A stretch of DNA of 36,355 nt from Thermoanaerobaculia bacterium (GTDB taxonomy: Bacteria; Acidobacteriota; Thermoanaerobaculia; Multivoradales; UBA5704), in the NCBI GenBank assembly GCA_044226625.1, contig JBGAGQ010000063.1, positions 1 through 36,355 on the forward strand, written 5' to 3'. The notes beneath the pieces were generated by a model. The model made no database searches. It was given only the letters and a program-made list of their open reading frames with translations, and was not told where the DNA came from. The translations under genes and the position numbers were made by a program. This document shows positions 15,558 to 24,793 of this stretch, piece by piece; the stretch's first letter is position 1, and every line of letters begins with the position of its first letter.

Positions 15558-18035
15558 ATGAGCACTCGAAACGGTCGTTCGAGGGCGGGCGGTGCGGTGA
15601 GTTGGATGTTGGGGGCGTTCGTGTTGGCAGCTGTAATCCTCTTCGCGCCGGCTCATGCGGTACGGGCGCAGGAGACCCCGCCTGCCGAGCCGAAGGCGCA
15701 GGCCGCCGAGGAGCCTCAACCCGAGGTGGTGAGCGAGGAGATCACGGTCACGGCGCGTAAGCGCGAGGAGACGATCGAGGACGTGCCGTTCTCGGTCGCC
15801 GCGCCGAGCGAGCAGGATCTACGCTCCCGTGGCGCCGAGAGCATCGAGGGCGTGGCGGCGAACGTCGCCGGCTTTTCCGTCCAGAACCTCGGCCCAGGCC
15901 AGAGCCAGGTGGCGATGCGCGGCGTTTCGGCCGGTCAGATCGTCCGCGACCAGCCGGGGGTCAAGGAGCAGGTGGGCATCTACCTCGACGAATCGGTGAT
16001 TTCGCTTTCGTTGTTCACGCCCGACGTCGACCTGTTCGACGTGGGCCGGGTCGAGGTGCTTCGTGGACCGCAAGGGACCCTATTCGGCTCCGGGTCGGAG
16101 TCGGGAACCGTGCGATACATCACCAACCCGCCGAAGCTTGGCGTCACGGAATCCTTCGGCGAGTTCTCGGCCAACGGCACCTCGGGCGGCGCCGTGGGCG
16201 GCAGCACGAAGGTGGCGGTGAACGCCCCGGTGGGCGAGAAGTCGGCGCTTCGCGTCGCGGCCTATTACAGCAAGGTCGGCGGCTACGTCGACGCGGTGCA
16301 GCCCGGCCTGCGGGTGAAAGACGACGTGAACGGCTCCGATCGTTCCGGCGCTCGCCTTGCCTGGCGTACCCAACCGAACGAAAACCTTACGATCACGCCG
16401 CGCGTCGTCTATCAGGAGCTGAACGCCGACGGCTGGAACCGTGCCGACGCCTACAACATCCTGGGCAACCCGTTCACCACGACGCGTCCGGCGGTCCGGC
16501 TCGGCGAGCGCGAGCAGTTCACCCAGATCGAGGAGCCGACGAAGGACAAGTTCTTGCTCGCCGACCTGAACGTGGAGGTCAAGCTCGGCGCTGCGACGCT
16601 CACCTCGATCTCGTCCTACACCGATCGCGACATCGACGTCGTGCGCGACGCGACGGCGCTCACCGCGAGCATCACGGGCGGCAGTATCGGTCTGCCGCAG
16701 TCGGTTTATTCGCTGGATGCGCCGCTCGACGACAAGACGAAGGTGAAGGTGCTCACGCAGGAGCTGCGCCTGACGGGAAGCCGCGACCGGCTGAACTGGG
16801 TAGGCGGTCTCTTCTATAGCCACGTCGATCGCGACTACGACCAGAGCCTGCTGGTCGCCGAGTTCGAGAGCCTTTCGGGCATCCCCACGCGCGGCCTTCG
16901 CGCGCCGAAGGACGTGCTGTTCTTCTCGGATCTTTCCTACACGCTCAAGCAGGCGGCGCTGTTCGGTGAGGCCACCTGGTCGGTCAACCCGCGCTTCGAC
17001 CTCACGGGCGGCCTTCGGTATTACGACTTCAAAGAGGACCGCACGCAGGTCTTCGACGGGATCTTCGGCAACGACAACAACGGCACCTCCCTGGTATCCA
17101 CCGCGGGCGACACCTCGGCGAACGGTTTTGCGCCGCGGCTGATTGGCAGCTACAAGCTCAGCGATCGGACGACCTTGAACGCCCAGGTGGCGAAGGGCTT
17201 CCGGCTCGGCGGCATCAACGACCCGCTGAACGTGCCGCTCTGCACGCCGCAGGACCTGCGGACTTTCGGCGGTCACGAGGGCTGGAAGGACGAGACCCTC
17301 TGGAACTATGAGATCGGCGCCAAGACCCGCCTGCTCGTCGGACGCGGCTCGTTCAACGTCGCGGCGTTCTACGCCGACATCACCGATCTGCAAGCGACGG
17401 TCACCGCCGGCTCGTGCTCGTCGCGCGTGATCTTCAACGTTCCGAAGGCGCGGAGCCAGGGGCTCGAGATGGAGCTGTCGGCGGCGCCGAATTCGAACTT
17501 CGAGTTCTCGCTCTCGGCGAGCTACGCCGATTCCGAGCTGCGCTCGACGCTCACCTCGACCGACGCGGCGGGGCGCGTCACGGTGGTCTCCGGCATCAAG
17601 AGCGGCAACCGGCTGCCGACGGTGCCGAAGCTCCAGGTCGCCGCGGCAGCGACGTATCAACGTCAGGTGGGGACGAGCTCGCTCGGCTACGTGACGGCGA
17701 CTTACCAACACACCGGCTCGCGCTTCACCCAGATCGGCGATCAGGATCCGTCGTTTGGCTTGGTGAACCTGCTCTCCTTCGCGCCGAACACGATCGGCGG
17801 TCCGCTCACGGCTAGCACCTTCACCTTCAATCCGGAGCTGCCGGCCTACGACATCTTCAACCTCCGCGCGGGAGTCGCCTTCGGCAAATGGGACGTGGCG
17901 CTGTTCGTCAACAATCTGACCGACGAACGGGCTTTGCTCGCCCTCGACCAGGAGCGGGGCACCCGCGCGCGCGTGGGCTTCCTGATCAACCAACCGCGGA
18001 CCTTCGGACTGAATACGCGGGTCCAGTTCAAGTAG
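15558..18035 (+). CDS. TonB-dependent outer-membrane receptor
   Basis: Signal peptide, TonB box EEITVTARKREE, plug VEVLRGPQGTLFG, NYEIGAKT, LFVNNLTDE, and C-terminal PRTFGLNTRVQFK. Confidence 0.95.
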   Translation: MSTRNGRSRAGGAVSWMLGAFVLAAVILFAPAHAVRAQETPPAEPKAQAAEEPQPEVVSEEITVTARKREETIEDVPFSVAAPSEQDLRSRGAESIEGVAANVAGFSVQNLGPGQSQVAMRGVSAGQIVRDQPGVKEQVGIYLDESVISLSLFTPDVDLFDVGRVEVLRGPQGTLFGSGSESGTVRYITNPPKLGVTESFGEFSANGTSGGAVGGSTKVAVNAPVGEKSALRVAAYYSKVGGYVDAVQPGLRVKDDVNGSDRSGARLAWRTQPNENLTITPRVVYQELNADGWNRADAYNILGNPFTTTRPAVRLGEREQFTQIEEPTKDKFLLADLNVEVKLGAATLTSISSYTDRDIDVVRDATALTASITGGSIGLPQSVYSLDAPLDDKTKVKVLTQELRLTGSRDRLNWVGGLFYSHVDRDYDQSLLVAEFESLSGIPTRGLRAPKDVLFFSDLSYTLKQAALFGEATWSVNPRFDLTGGLRYYDFKEDRTQVFDGIFGNDNNGTSLVSTAGDTSANGFAPRLIGSYKLSDRTTLNAQVAKGFRLGGINDPLNVPLCTPQDLRTFGGHEGWKDETLWNYEIGAKTRLLVGRGSFNVAAFYADITDLQATVTAGSCSSRVIFNVPKARSQGLEMELSAAPNSNFEFSLSASYADSELRSTLTSTDAAGRVTVVSGIKSGNRLPTVPKLQVAAAATYQRQVGTSSLGYVTATYQHTGSRFTQIGDQDPSFGLVNLLSFAPNTIGGPLTASTFTFNPELPAYDIFNLRAGVAFGKWDVALFVNNLTDERALLALDQERGTRARVGFLINQPRTFGLNTRVQFK

Positions 18036-18051
18036 CTTCACGAAGGGAAGG

Positions 18052-18081
18052 CGAACCGGCCGCCGGGCGGCGGCCGGTTCG
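18052..18081. terminator. GC-rich hairpin between convergent genes (putative bidirectional terminator)
   Basis: cgaaccggccgcc-gggc-ggcggccggttcg, a perfect 13-bp stem; no strong U-tract. Confidence 0.55.
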
Positions 18082-18094
18082 TTCCTCGCCCACC

Positions 18095-18787
18095 TCAATA
18101 GAGACAACTCGACGGTTTGCAGACGCGCGGCCCGGCGCCGTCCTTCGCGCACCAGCCGCCTTTCCGGCCCTGGCACTGCTCGTCGCTCGCGCAGGTGTCG
18201 AGCGGAGTCTGACAGGCGTAGGCGACGGAAAAGGCGCAGCCCGGTTGCGACGCATACTCGCCACAGACGCCGCCGTTCTTGCAGTCGGCATCGGTGCGGC
18301 AGGCGGCCTTCACACAGCGCCCTGCCGGTTTTCCGCATTCGCAGATCTCGCCGGCCGCGCAATCGGAATCCGTGCCGCAGCCATAGGTGCAGCTGAACCG
18401 GTCGGACGGCAGCGGGATGATGCAAGAACCGTAAGGCTTTTCGCGGCAATCCAGATCCGATTTGCAACTGCCTGAAAAATCGTGGCCTGGGGGTGATTCG
18501 AACTCCGACGCCGGCCGCGGCGCATAGGGACAGGCGACCACTTCGGTCCGATGGCGGAGGCCGTTGGCGCAGACGGCGAAACCCGTCGACTTTCCGCCGA
18601 CCTCGAAAGGCTTCGAGTCGGTGCATCGGATCGCCGCGGGGAGGAGGAGGCCGGGCGGCACCCGGTCGGACGCGCCGAAGGCCGCGCTCGCGACAGCGCC
18701 CAGGAACCCGACGAAGGCGATCGACGCCACCGATGCTCCTGAGAGGAGTCTTGCGACGGCTACGCGGCGTAAGCGGGACCCACTCAT
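18095..18787 (-). CDS. Secreted cysteine-rich repeat protein
   Basis: Signal-peptide-like N-terminus, 22 Cys and four C-x-[ST]-D-x-[DQ]-C units; GGAGG RBS. Confidence 0.75.
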   Translation of the reverse strand: MSGSRLRRVAVARLLSGASVASIAFVGFLGAVASAAFGASDRVPPGLLLPAAIRCTDSKPFEVGGKSTGFAVCANGLRHRTEVVACPYAPRPASEFESPPGHDFSGSCKSDLDCREKPYGSCIIPLPSDRFSCTYGCGTDSDCAAGEICECGKPAGRCVKAACRTDADCKNGGVCGEYASQPGCAFSVAYACQTPLDTCASDEQCQGRKGGWCAKDGAGPRVCKPSSCLY

Positions 18788-18897
18788 CTTCGAACCCTCC
18801 CGTTTGTTTTGAATCGACGGATGGTAAATCGGTTCCCGCTCCCGTGAGGCCGCGTCGGACCTTGCGGAGAACGGGTCGGGATATAGTTCGCCGCTCG

Positions 18898-19914
18898 ATG
18901 AAGATCCTGGTCACCGGGGGAACCGGATTCCTGGGCCGGCGGACGGTCGCCGAGCTGGTTGCGCGCGGTCACAAGGTGCGGCTACTGGTCCGCTCGGGCT
19001 CGTCCCGAGATCGCTTCCCCGCCGGGGTCGAGTTCGCGACCGGCGACGTCACCGATCGGGGAAGCCTGGTCGCCGCCGCGTCCGGAGGCGGGGGATGCGA
19101 CGCGATCCTCCACGCCGCGGCGCTGGTGAAGATCCTCGCGCCGGCTGCGGATTTCGATCGGATCAACGTCGGTGGCCTGAACAACGTGCTCGCCGCGGCG
19201 CGGGCGACTGGGATCGAGCGGATCGTCTACGTTTCGAGCTTTATCGCCCTCGGCCCCACCGAAAATGGCCCCGGCGGCCAGCTCGACGAGTCGGCGAAAA
19301 CCGGGGCGGTCAGCGGCGAGCGGGTCTGGATCAACGACTACGAGCGGACGAAGACCCTCGCCGACCGGCGCGCCCGCGCGGCGATCGCCGAAGGGGTACC
19401 GCTGTCGGTCGTCTATCCCGGAGTGATCTACGGGCCGGGCGAGCTCACCGAGGGCAATATCGTCGTCCGCCACGTTCTCGATCTGATCGGAAAAAAGCTT
19501 CCTGCGCTCCTTGGCAAGCCGGAGCGGCGTTGGAGCTACGTCTTGGTCGACGACGTGGCGCGCGGCACGGCGGAGGTCCTGGAGCGGGAGCCGGGGTCGC
19601 GTTACGTGCTCGGCGGCGACAACGTCTCGCTCGCCGAGTTCTACGCCTTGGTCGAAGAGCTCACCGGCGTCCCGGTGCCGAAACGCCGGTTTCCCGACGG
19701 AGTCGCGAAGGCCGCTGGCGCGCTCGCCAAGCTCTGGGCGCGGGCGACCGGAACGGTGCCCGCGTTGACGCCCGATCTGGTCGAGATCTACCGCCACGAT
19801 TGGGCCTACAACTCGGCGTCCGCGACCCGCGATTTCGGCTATCGGCCGACCTCGTTGCGGGATGGGCTCGGGCGCACGCTCGCCTGGCTCAAGGAGATCG
19901 GCAAATGGGCCTGA
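18898..19914 (+). CDS. NAD-dependent epimerase/dehydratase-type SDR, farnesol dehydrogenase (FLDH)/DFR-like
   Basis: TGGTGFLG, HAAALV, NVGGLNNVL, SSFIALG, YERTK catalytic motif and YPGVIYGPGELTEGN. Confidence 0.85.
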   Translation: MKILVTGGTGFLGRRTVAELVARGHKVRLLVRSGSSRDRFPAGVEFATGDVTDRGSLVAAASGGGGCDAILHAAALVKILAPAADFDRINVGGLNNVLAAARATGIERIVYVSSFIALGPTENGPGGQLDESAKTGAVSGERVWINDYERTKTLADRRARAAIAEGVPLSVVYPGVIYGPGELTEGNIVVRHVLDLIGKKLPALLGKPERRWSYVLVDDVARGTAEVLEREPGSRYVLGGDNVSLAEFYALVEELTGVPVPKRRFPDGVAKAAGALAKLWARATGTVPALTPDLVEIYRHDWAYNSASATRDFGYRPTSLRDGLGRTLAWLKEIGKWA

Positions 19915-21263
19915 GGCGCCTGCCACCGGGCGAGCTGCCGCGCAAGGTCGTGCACATCGGCAGCGGCCTGTTCGCGCTCGCGCTCCGCTTCCTGGGACCT
20001 CTCGGTTCGGCCGCCATGGCGGTGTTTGCGATCCTGTTCAACTTCCTGCTGCTGCCGCGTCTCGGCGGCAAGAACTTGCTGCGCGAGGGAGAGCGCGAAC
20101 GGCAACGTTCGATCGGCATCCTTCTCTATCCGGTCTCCGTCTTCCTTTTGATCGTCGTCTTCTGGCGCCATCTGGAAGTCGCGGCGGCCGGCTGGGGATT
20201 GCTCGCTTTCGGCGACGGGATGGCGTCGGTGGTGGGTCTCGCGCTCGGCGGCACGCGCCTCCCCTGGAACCCGAAGAAGAGCTGGGCGGGAACGATCGCC
20301 TTCGTGCTGTTCGGCGGCGCTGCGGCGACCGCTTTGGTCCTCTGGACCGCCCCGGGCGCCTACACGATCGGCTTCGCCGCCGTCTGCTGCTTCGCCGCGG
20401 CTCTGCTCGCCGCCGTGCTCGAATCGCAGCCGCAGGGCCTCGACGACAATCTCGGAGTGCCGATGGTGGCGAGCCTGTTCCTGGTCGGCTTGCTTCTCAC
20501 CCAAGGTCGCTGGGAGGCGTTGCTCGCGGGGGGCTTCTGGGTCCGCGTCGCGATCGGCTTCGCGATCAACGCGGCGCTCGCCGCCGCGGCCTTTGCCGCG
20601 CGCTCGGTGGACCGCTCGGGGGTGATCGGCGGGACGCTCCTGGGCACGGCGATTTACGCCTTCCTCGATTGGCGCGGCTTTCTGCTCCTGGTGGCGTTTT
20701 TCGTCATCGGCACCGCTTGCACCAAGCTCGGCTACCAGCGGAAAGCCGCCGAGAAGCTCGCCCAAGAGGCGGGAGGGCGGCGCGGCGCGAGGCACGCGTT
20801 CGCCAACGCGGGCGTCGCCGCCGGATGCGCGCTGCTCGCCGCGGCCACGCCCCATCCGGTCCTTTATGGGCTCGCCTTCGCCGGCGCGTTCGCGACCGCC
20901 GCTTCCGACACCGCGGGGAGCGAGATCGGCCAGCTGCTCGGCCGCCGGACCTTCAAGCTCACTACGCTCCGTCCGGTGCCGCGGGGTACCGAGGGTGCCG
21001 TGTCGTTCGAGGGGACGCTCGCGGGGGTGATCGCCTCGCTCGTCATCGGCGGGCTCGGCGCCTGGGTCGGTCTCTATCCGGCCCCGGGGATCGCCGTGGT
21101 GGTGGTCGCGGCGTTCGTCGGAACGACGTTCGAAAGCCTGGTCGGGGGAGCGCTCGAGCGAAGCGCCCTGCTCGACAACGAAGCGCTCAATTTCCTCAAC
21201 ACCCTGGTCGGAGCGCTGGTCGCGGCGTCTGCCGCGTTGGTCGGCCTGCTCGGCGCGAGCTAA
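19905..21263 (+). CDS. Fusion protein: CTP-dependent phytol/dolichol-kinase domain + DUF92 (TMEM19/VTE6-like) domain
   Basis: N-half has RKVVH, GDGMASVVG, LPWNPKKSWAGT and LESQPQGLDDNL. C-half has GGRRG, ASDTAGSEIG, VPRGTEGAVSFEGTLAG, ESLVG and NEALNFLNT. ATG 19905 has an AAGGAG RBS and overlaps the SDR end. Confidence 0.85.
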   Translation: MGLRRLPPGELPRKVVHIGSGLFALALRFLGPLGSAAMAVFAILFNFLLLPRLGGKNLLREGERERQRSIGILLYPVSVFLLIVVFWRHLEVAAAGWGLLAFGDGMASVVGLALGGTRLPWNPKKSWAGTIAFVLFGGAAATALVLWTAPGAYTIGFAAVCCFAAALLAAVLESQPQGLDDNLGVPMVASLFLVGLLLTQGRWEALLAGGFWVRVAIGFAINAALAAAAFAARSVDRSGVIGGTLLGTAIYAFLDWRGFLLLVAFFVIGTACTKLGYQRKAAEKLAQEAGGRRGARHAFANAGVAAGCALLAAATPHPVLYGLAFAGAFATAASDTAGSEIGQLLGRRTFKLTTLRPVPRGTEGAVSFEGTLAGVIASLVIGGLGAWVGLYPAPGIAVVVVAAFVGTTFESLVGGALERSALLDNEALNFLNTLVGALVAASAALVGLLGAS

Positions 21264-21305
21264 GCGATCGGGCGCCGCCTACGGGTCCCATTCGAGGCAC
21301 GAACC

Positions 21306-22292
21306 TTGAGCAAACTGAACCTCTACCGGCAGCTCGCGCGGCCGTTCACCCTGCTGCCGCCGCTGCTCGGCATCGTCTCCGGCGCGATCTGCGCGTTCGG
21401 CTCGATCCACAACCCGGATCCGAACCGGGAGGTGACGGCATCGGTGATCCTGACGATCGCGCTCGGCTCGCTTTGCGCGAGTCTGATGAACGCGGCGTCG
21501 AACGCAATCAACCAGATCTACGACCTGGAGATCGACCGGCTGAACAAGCCGGATCGGCCGCTGGTGACCGGGGCGCTCACGATTCCGGAGGCGTGGAAGT
21601 TCACCTGGGTGCTCTACGTGCTCGCGCTGCTACCGACCTGGCTGGTCGTTCCGTACCCGTACGTCACCTGGGCGGAGAAATTCCAGGCGCCGGCCTCCGC
21701 GCACGTGGTGTTCTTCATCTATCTGCTGGGCCTCGCCTTCACGTTCGTCTACTCGGCGCCGTCGCTCGGGCGGACGAAGGTGCGCGGCATGGCGGCGAAC
21801 TGGACGATGGCGATTCCGCGCGGCTTCCTGCTCAAGGCCGCCGGCTGGGGGATGGTGGCACCGGTAGCCTCGACCGAGCCTTGGTTCATCGGCCTCGCGT
21901 TCTTCCTGTTCCTGCTCTTCGCCGCCTCGACGAAGGATTTCGCCGACATCGACGGCGACCGCGCGGGCGGCTGCCGCACGTTGCCGATCCTCTACGGGGT
22001 AAAGAAGGCGGCCTGGATGATCAGCCCGTCGTTCGTGCTTCCGTGGATCCTTTTGCCGCTCGGTGCCCACCTTCGCGACCCGCAGCAGCCCGAGCATCCG
22101 ATCCTCACCGGCAACCCGAACCTGCTGGTGGCGCTCGGCGCGATCTTGATGACGTGGGGCGCGTATACGGTCTATCTCCTGGTGCGCGATCCCGACTCGC
22201 TCACCGCGACCGAGAACCATCCCTCGTGGAAGCACATGTATCTGATGATGATGTTCGCCCAGGTCGGATTCGCCTTGGCGTATATTCTCTGA
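21306..22292 (+). CDS. UbiA-family prenyltransferase (homogentisate-phytyltransferase/DGGGP-synthase-like)
   Basis: RPFT, Asp-rich motifs NQIYDLEIDRLNKPDRPL and KDFADIDGDR, YSAP, multiple TM helices; TTG start. Confidence 0.9.
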   Translation: MSKLNLYRQLARPFTLLPPLLGIVSGAICAFGSIHNPDPNREVTASVILTIALGSLCASLMNAASNAINQIYDLEIDRLNKPDRPLVTGALTIPEAWKFTWVLYVLALLPTWLVVPYPYVTWAEKFQAPASAHVVFFIYLLGLAFTFVYSAPSLGRTKVRGMAANWTMAIPRGFLLKAAGWGMVAPVASTEPWFIGLAFFLFLLFAASTKDFADIDGDRAGGCRTLPILYGVKKAAWMISPSFVLPWILLPLGAHLRDPQQPEHPILTGNPNLLVALGAILMTWGAYTVYLLVRDPDSLTATENHPSWKHMYLMMMFAQVGFALAYIL

Positions 22293-22326
22293 GGATTCGT
22301 TTCCCGAGGCGGAGACCGCGCGACCG

Positions 22327-22881
22327 ATGACCGAGATTCACTACGATCACGAATTCGACGAGCACGCCGATGAGCGCGAGACGGCGTCGGAGCGGGCTCT
22401 GTCGGGCGAGACCGAGATCCCCGCGCCGAAGCTGTTCGGTTTCTACGACCGGCTGCGCCGGCGCATCGTCCAGGCGGTCGAGCGGCGCGGCAACAAGCTG
22501 TCGGCCGACGCGGTTCGCGCGCTCCTCCTGGTGCCGGACGTCTTCATGCTGCTGGTCCGCCTCTCGCTCGACAAAGAGGTTCCGGGCAAGACGCGGGCGC
22601 TGATCGGCGGGGCGCTCGCCTATTTCCTCCTGCCGATCGACCTCCTCCCCGAGGCGATCCTGGGCGGCGTCGGATTCATGGACGACCTGATCCTCGCCGT
22701 CTCGGTCCTCTCCCAGGCGTTCGGCGGCGAGCTGGAGCCGTATGCCCGGCGCCACTGGAGCGGCTCGGAGGACCTCCACAAGGTCTTGCGCGACCTTTCG
22801 AACACGGCGCATTCGCTGCTGGGTGACAAGCTCTACCAGCGGCTCGAACGACTGCTCGGCCGGCGCGGCGTCCGGATGTAG
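22327..22881 (+). CDS. YkvA/DUF1232-family membrane protein
   Basis: ALAYFLLPIDLLPEAILGGVGFMDD; GGAG RBS. Confidence 0.85.
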   Translation: MTEIHYDHEFDEHADERETASERALSGETEIPAPKLFGFYDRLRRRIVQAVERRGNKLSADAVRALLLVPDVFMLLVRLSLDKEVPGKTRALIGGALAYFLLPIDLLPEAILGGVGFMDDLILAVSVLSQAFGGELEPYARRHWSGSEDLHKVLRDLSNTAHSLLGDKLYQRLERLLGRRGVRM

Positions 22882-22938
22882 GGGCGCACCGGCGGGTCTC
22901 CCTCCCCCTGGGAGAGCCGTGCCGGCGGATCGGGCCTC

Positions 22939-22967
22939 TTGAAGCCGAGGGCCAAGAGGGCTACAGT
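22939..22967 (+). promoter_or_regulatory. Candidate sigma70 promoter of the lytic transglycosylase gene
   Basis: TTGAAG-17 bp-TACAGT. Confidence 0.55.
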
Positions 22968-23009
22968 CAAAGGTCCAGTCGTACTTTTCGAAATGGGGTT
23001 CGAAGCGTC

Positions 23010-23714
23010 GTGAACGGTAGCCGTGCGGCATTCCTCGCGATCCTTGCGCTCGGCGCGATGGCCATCGGCTTGCCTCTGGCCGGGGCGCCCGGTCGCTCGA
23101 TCTCGCTCCGTCCTGCCGGGTCGGGGGACGTTCGGATCGGCCTCGCCGGGACCGGACGGCGGGTCATCTTCAACGAGAACGCGGCCCAGCACGCGCGGCG
23201 TTTCGCGACCGAGCTGGTCGCCGTCCCGGATCATCAGCTCGAGCCGTTGATCGAGAGCCACGCCCGGGCCCAGGACCTCGATCCCAAGCTGGTCAAAGCG
23301 GTGATCCAGGTCGAGTCGGGCTACAACGCCGCGGCGCTGTCGAACAAAGGGGCGATCGGCCTGATGCAGCTGATGCCCGGGACCGCGCGGCTGCTCGACG
23401 TGCTCGACCCGTACGATCCGGTCCAGAACCTGCGCGGCGGCGTCACCTACCTGAGGAATCTGATCGACCGGTTCTCGGGCCAGGTCGAATACGCCCTCGC
23501 GGCGTACAACGCCGGGCCGGGCGCGGTCGAGCGGCACGGCGGCATCCCGCCGTACGCCGAGACGCGCGATTACGTGCGGCGGGTTCTCTCGCTCTATCGC
23601 GGCGACGCGACGCTACGCGTGCCCGCCCGAATGAACGCGCTCCAGGGCCGCAAGACGTTCGTGGTGGAGCGGCCGGGCAAGCGCGTTCTCATCACGACCG
23701 CGCTGCCGCGCTGA
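23010..23714 (+). CDS. Lytic transglycosylase (SLT domain)
   Basis: AVIQVESG, GAIGLMQLMPGTA, ALAAYNAGPG and PPYAETRDYV; N-terminal signal/anchor. Confidence 0.92.
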   Translation: MNGSRAAFLAILALGAMAIGLPLAGAPGRSISLRPAGSGDVRIGLAGTGRRVIFNENAAQHARRFATELVAVPDHQLEPLIESHARAQDLDPKLVKAVIQVESGYNAAALSNKGAIGLMQLMPGTARLLDVLDPYDPVQNLRGGVTYLRNLIDRFSGQVEYALAAYNAGPGAVERHGGIPPYAETRDYVRRVLSLYRGDATLRVPARMNALQGRKTFVVERPGKRVLITTALPR

Positions 23715-23746
23715 GGCTTCGCCCGGCCGCCCCGGGCACCGACTCC

Positions 23747-24106
23747 CTATTGCACCGGTACGCGGCCGGTGAATCCGTCCTCGTAGGAGTGGAAGTAGCG
23801 CAGCCCGTCCTCTGGATAGCGCCACGAGTAGTAACCCGCGCCGTTGTCCCATTCGACCCGCCACAAGCCCTCGACGACGCAGCCGAACGCGGTCACCCGT
23901 TCGGCCCAGCTCTGGACCACGCGGTCGCAGGCGGCCTCGATCTCCTCTTTCCTTCGCTCCATCTCGTCGCGGCTCTGGATGCGATTGATGATCGCCTCGA
24001 CCTGACGGAACGCGATGTCGGTGACGTCGCGGACGTGGGGGAAGGTATCCACGGCCTCATCGTAGGAGAACGTCCGATTCCTGGGCTTCTTTGCCTCCGG
24101 GGGCAT
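23747..24106 (-). CDS. DUF2203-family protein
   Basis: FSYDEA..., coiled middle region, GCVVEG, WRYPE and FHSYEDGFTGRVPV. Confidence 0.8.
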   Translation of the reverse strand: MPPEAKKPRNRTFSYDEAVDTFPHVRDVTDIAFRQVEAIINRIQSRDEMERRKEEIEAACDRVVQSWAERVTAFGCVVEGLWRVEWDNGAGYYSWRYPEDGLRYFHSYEDGFTGRVPVQ

Positions 24107-24169
24107 GCCCGGATTGTACAACCCGTCGGGGTCGCTCCCGGCCTCGCTCCGGAATAGAATCCGCGTCCC

Positions 24170-24733
24170 ATGAACGAAGGATCGCGCGGCCACATCGAAG
24201 TCATCACCGGAGGGATGTTCTCCGGCAAGAGCGAGGAGCTGGTCCGGCGCCTACGCCGGGCGGCGATCGCCCGCCAGCGCGTCCAAGTCTTCAAGCCGGG
24301 AGCCGATACCCGGTACGAGCCGGAGCGCTTGGTCACCCGGGACAAGCGCGAGCTGCAGGCCGAATGCGTGCCGGACAGCGCCGAGCTGCGCCGTCGTCTG
24401 GTGCTGGGCGTTCAGGTCGTGGGAATCGACGAGGCGCAGTTCTTCGACGAGGGGCTCACGCCCGTGGTGAGCGAGCTCGCGGACGCCGGATTGCGGGTCA
24501 TCGTCGCCGGACTCGACCTCGATTTCGAGCGCCGGCCCTTCGGGCCGATGCCGCAGATTCTCGCGCTCGCCGAGTACGTCGAAAAGCTCCACGCCGTCTG
24601 CGTCCGCTGCGGTGCGCCCGCTCACTATAGCCAGCGCATCGCGGGCGGCGACTCCCAGCTCCAGGTCGGCGACGTCGAATCCTACGAAGCCCGCTGTCGA
24701 CGCTGCTACGAGACCTTCGTTCCGGCCCAGTAG
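24170..24733 (+). CDS. tdk: Thymidine kinase
   Basis: GGMFSGKSEEL (Walker A), IDEAQFF, AGLDLDF, PFG, Zn sites CVRC and CRRC, and YEARC. Confidence 0.95.
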   Translation: MNEGSRGHIEVITGGMFSGKSEELVRRLRRAAIARQRVQVFKPGADTRYEPERLVTRDKRELQAECVPDSAELRRRLVLGVQVVGIDEAQFFDEGLTPVVSELADAGLRVIVAGLDLDFERRPFGPMPQILALAEYVEKLHAVCVRCGAPAHYSQRIAGGDSQLQVGDVESYEARCRRCYETFVPAQ

Positions 24734-24793
24734 ACCGACCGCACCCGACTCACACTTCCTTCTTGGGTGCGTGGGCTCGACGTCCGCGTCCGG

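Noticed and set aside
16080-18914. 944-aa minus-strand ORF and the many other Arg/Pro/Gly-rich overlapping ORFs in the track
   Set aside because: Shadow frames of well-supported genes, with low-complexity composition caused by GC bias.
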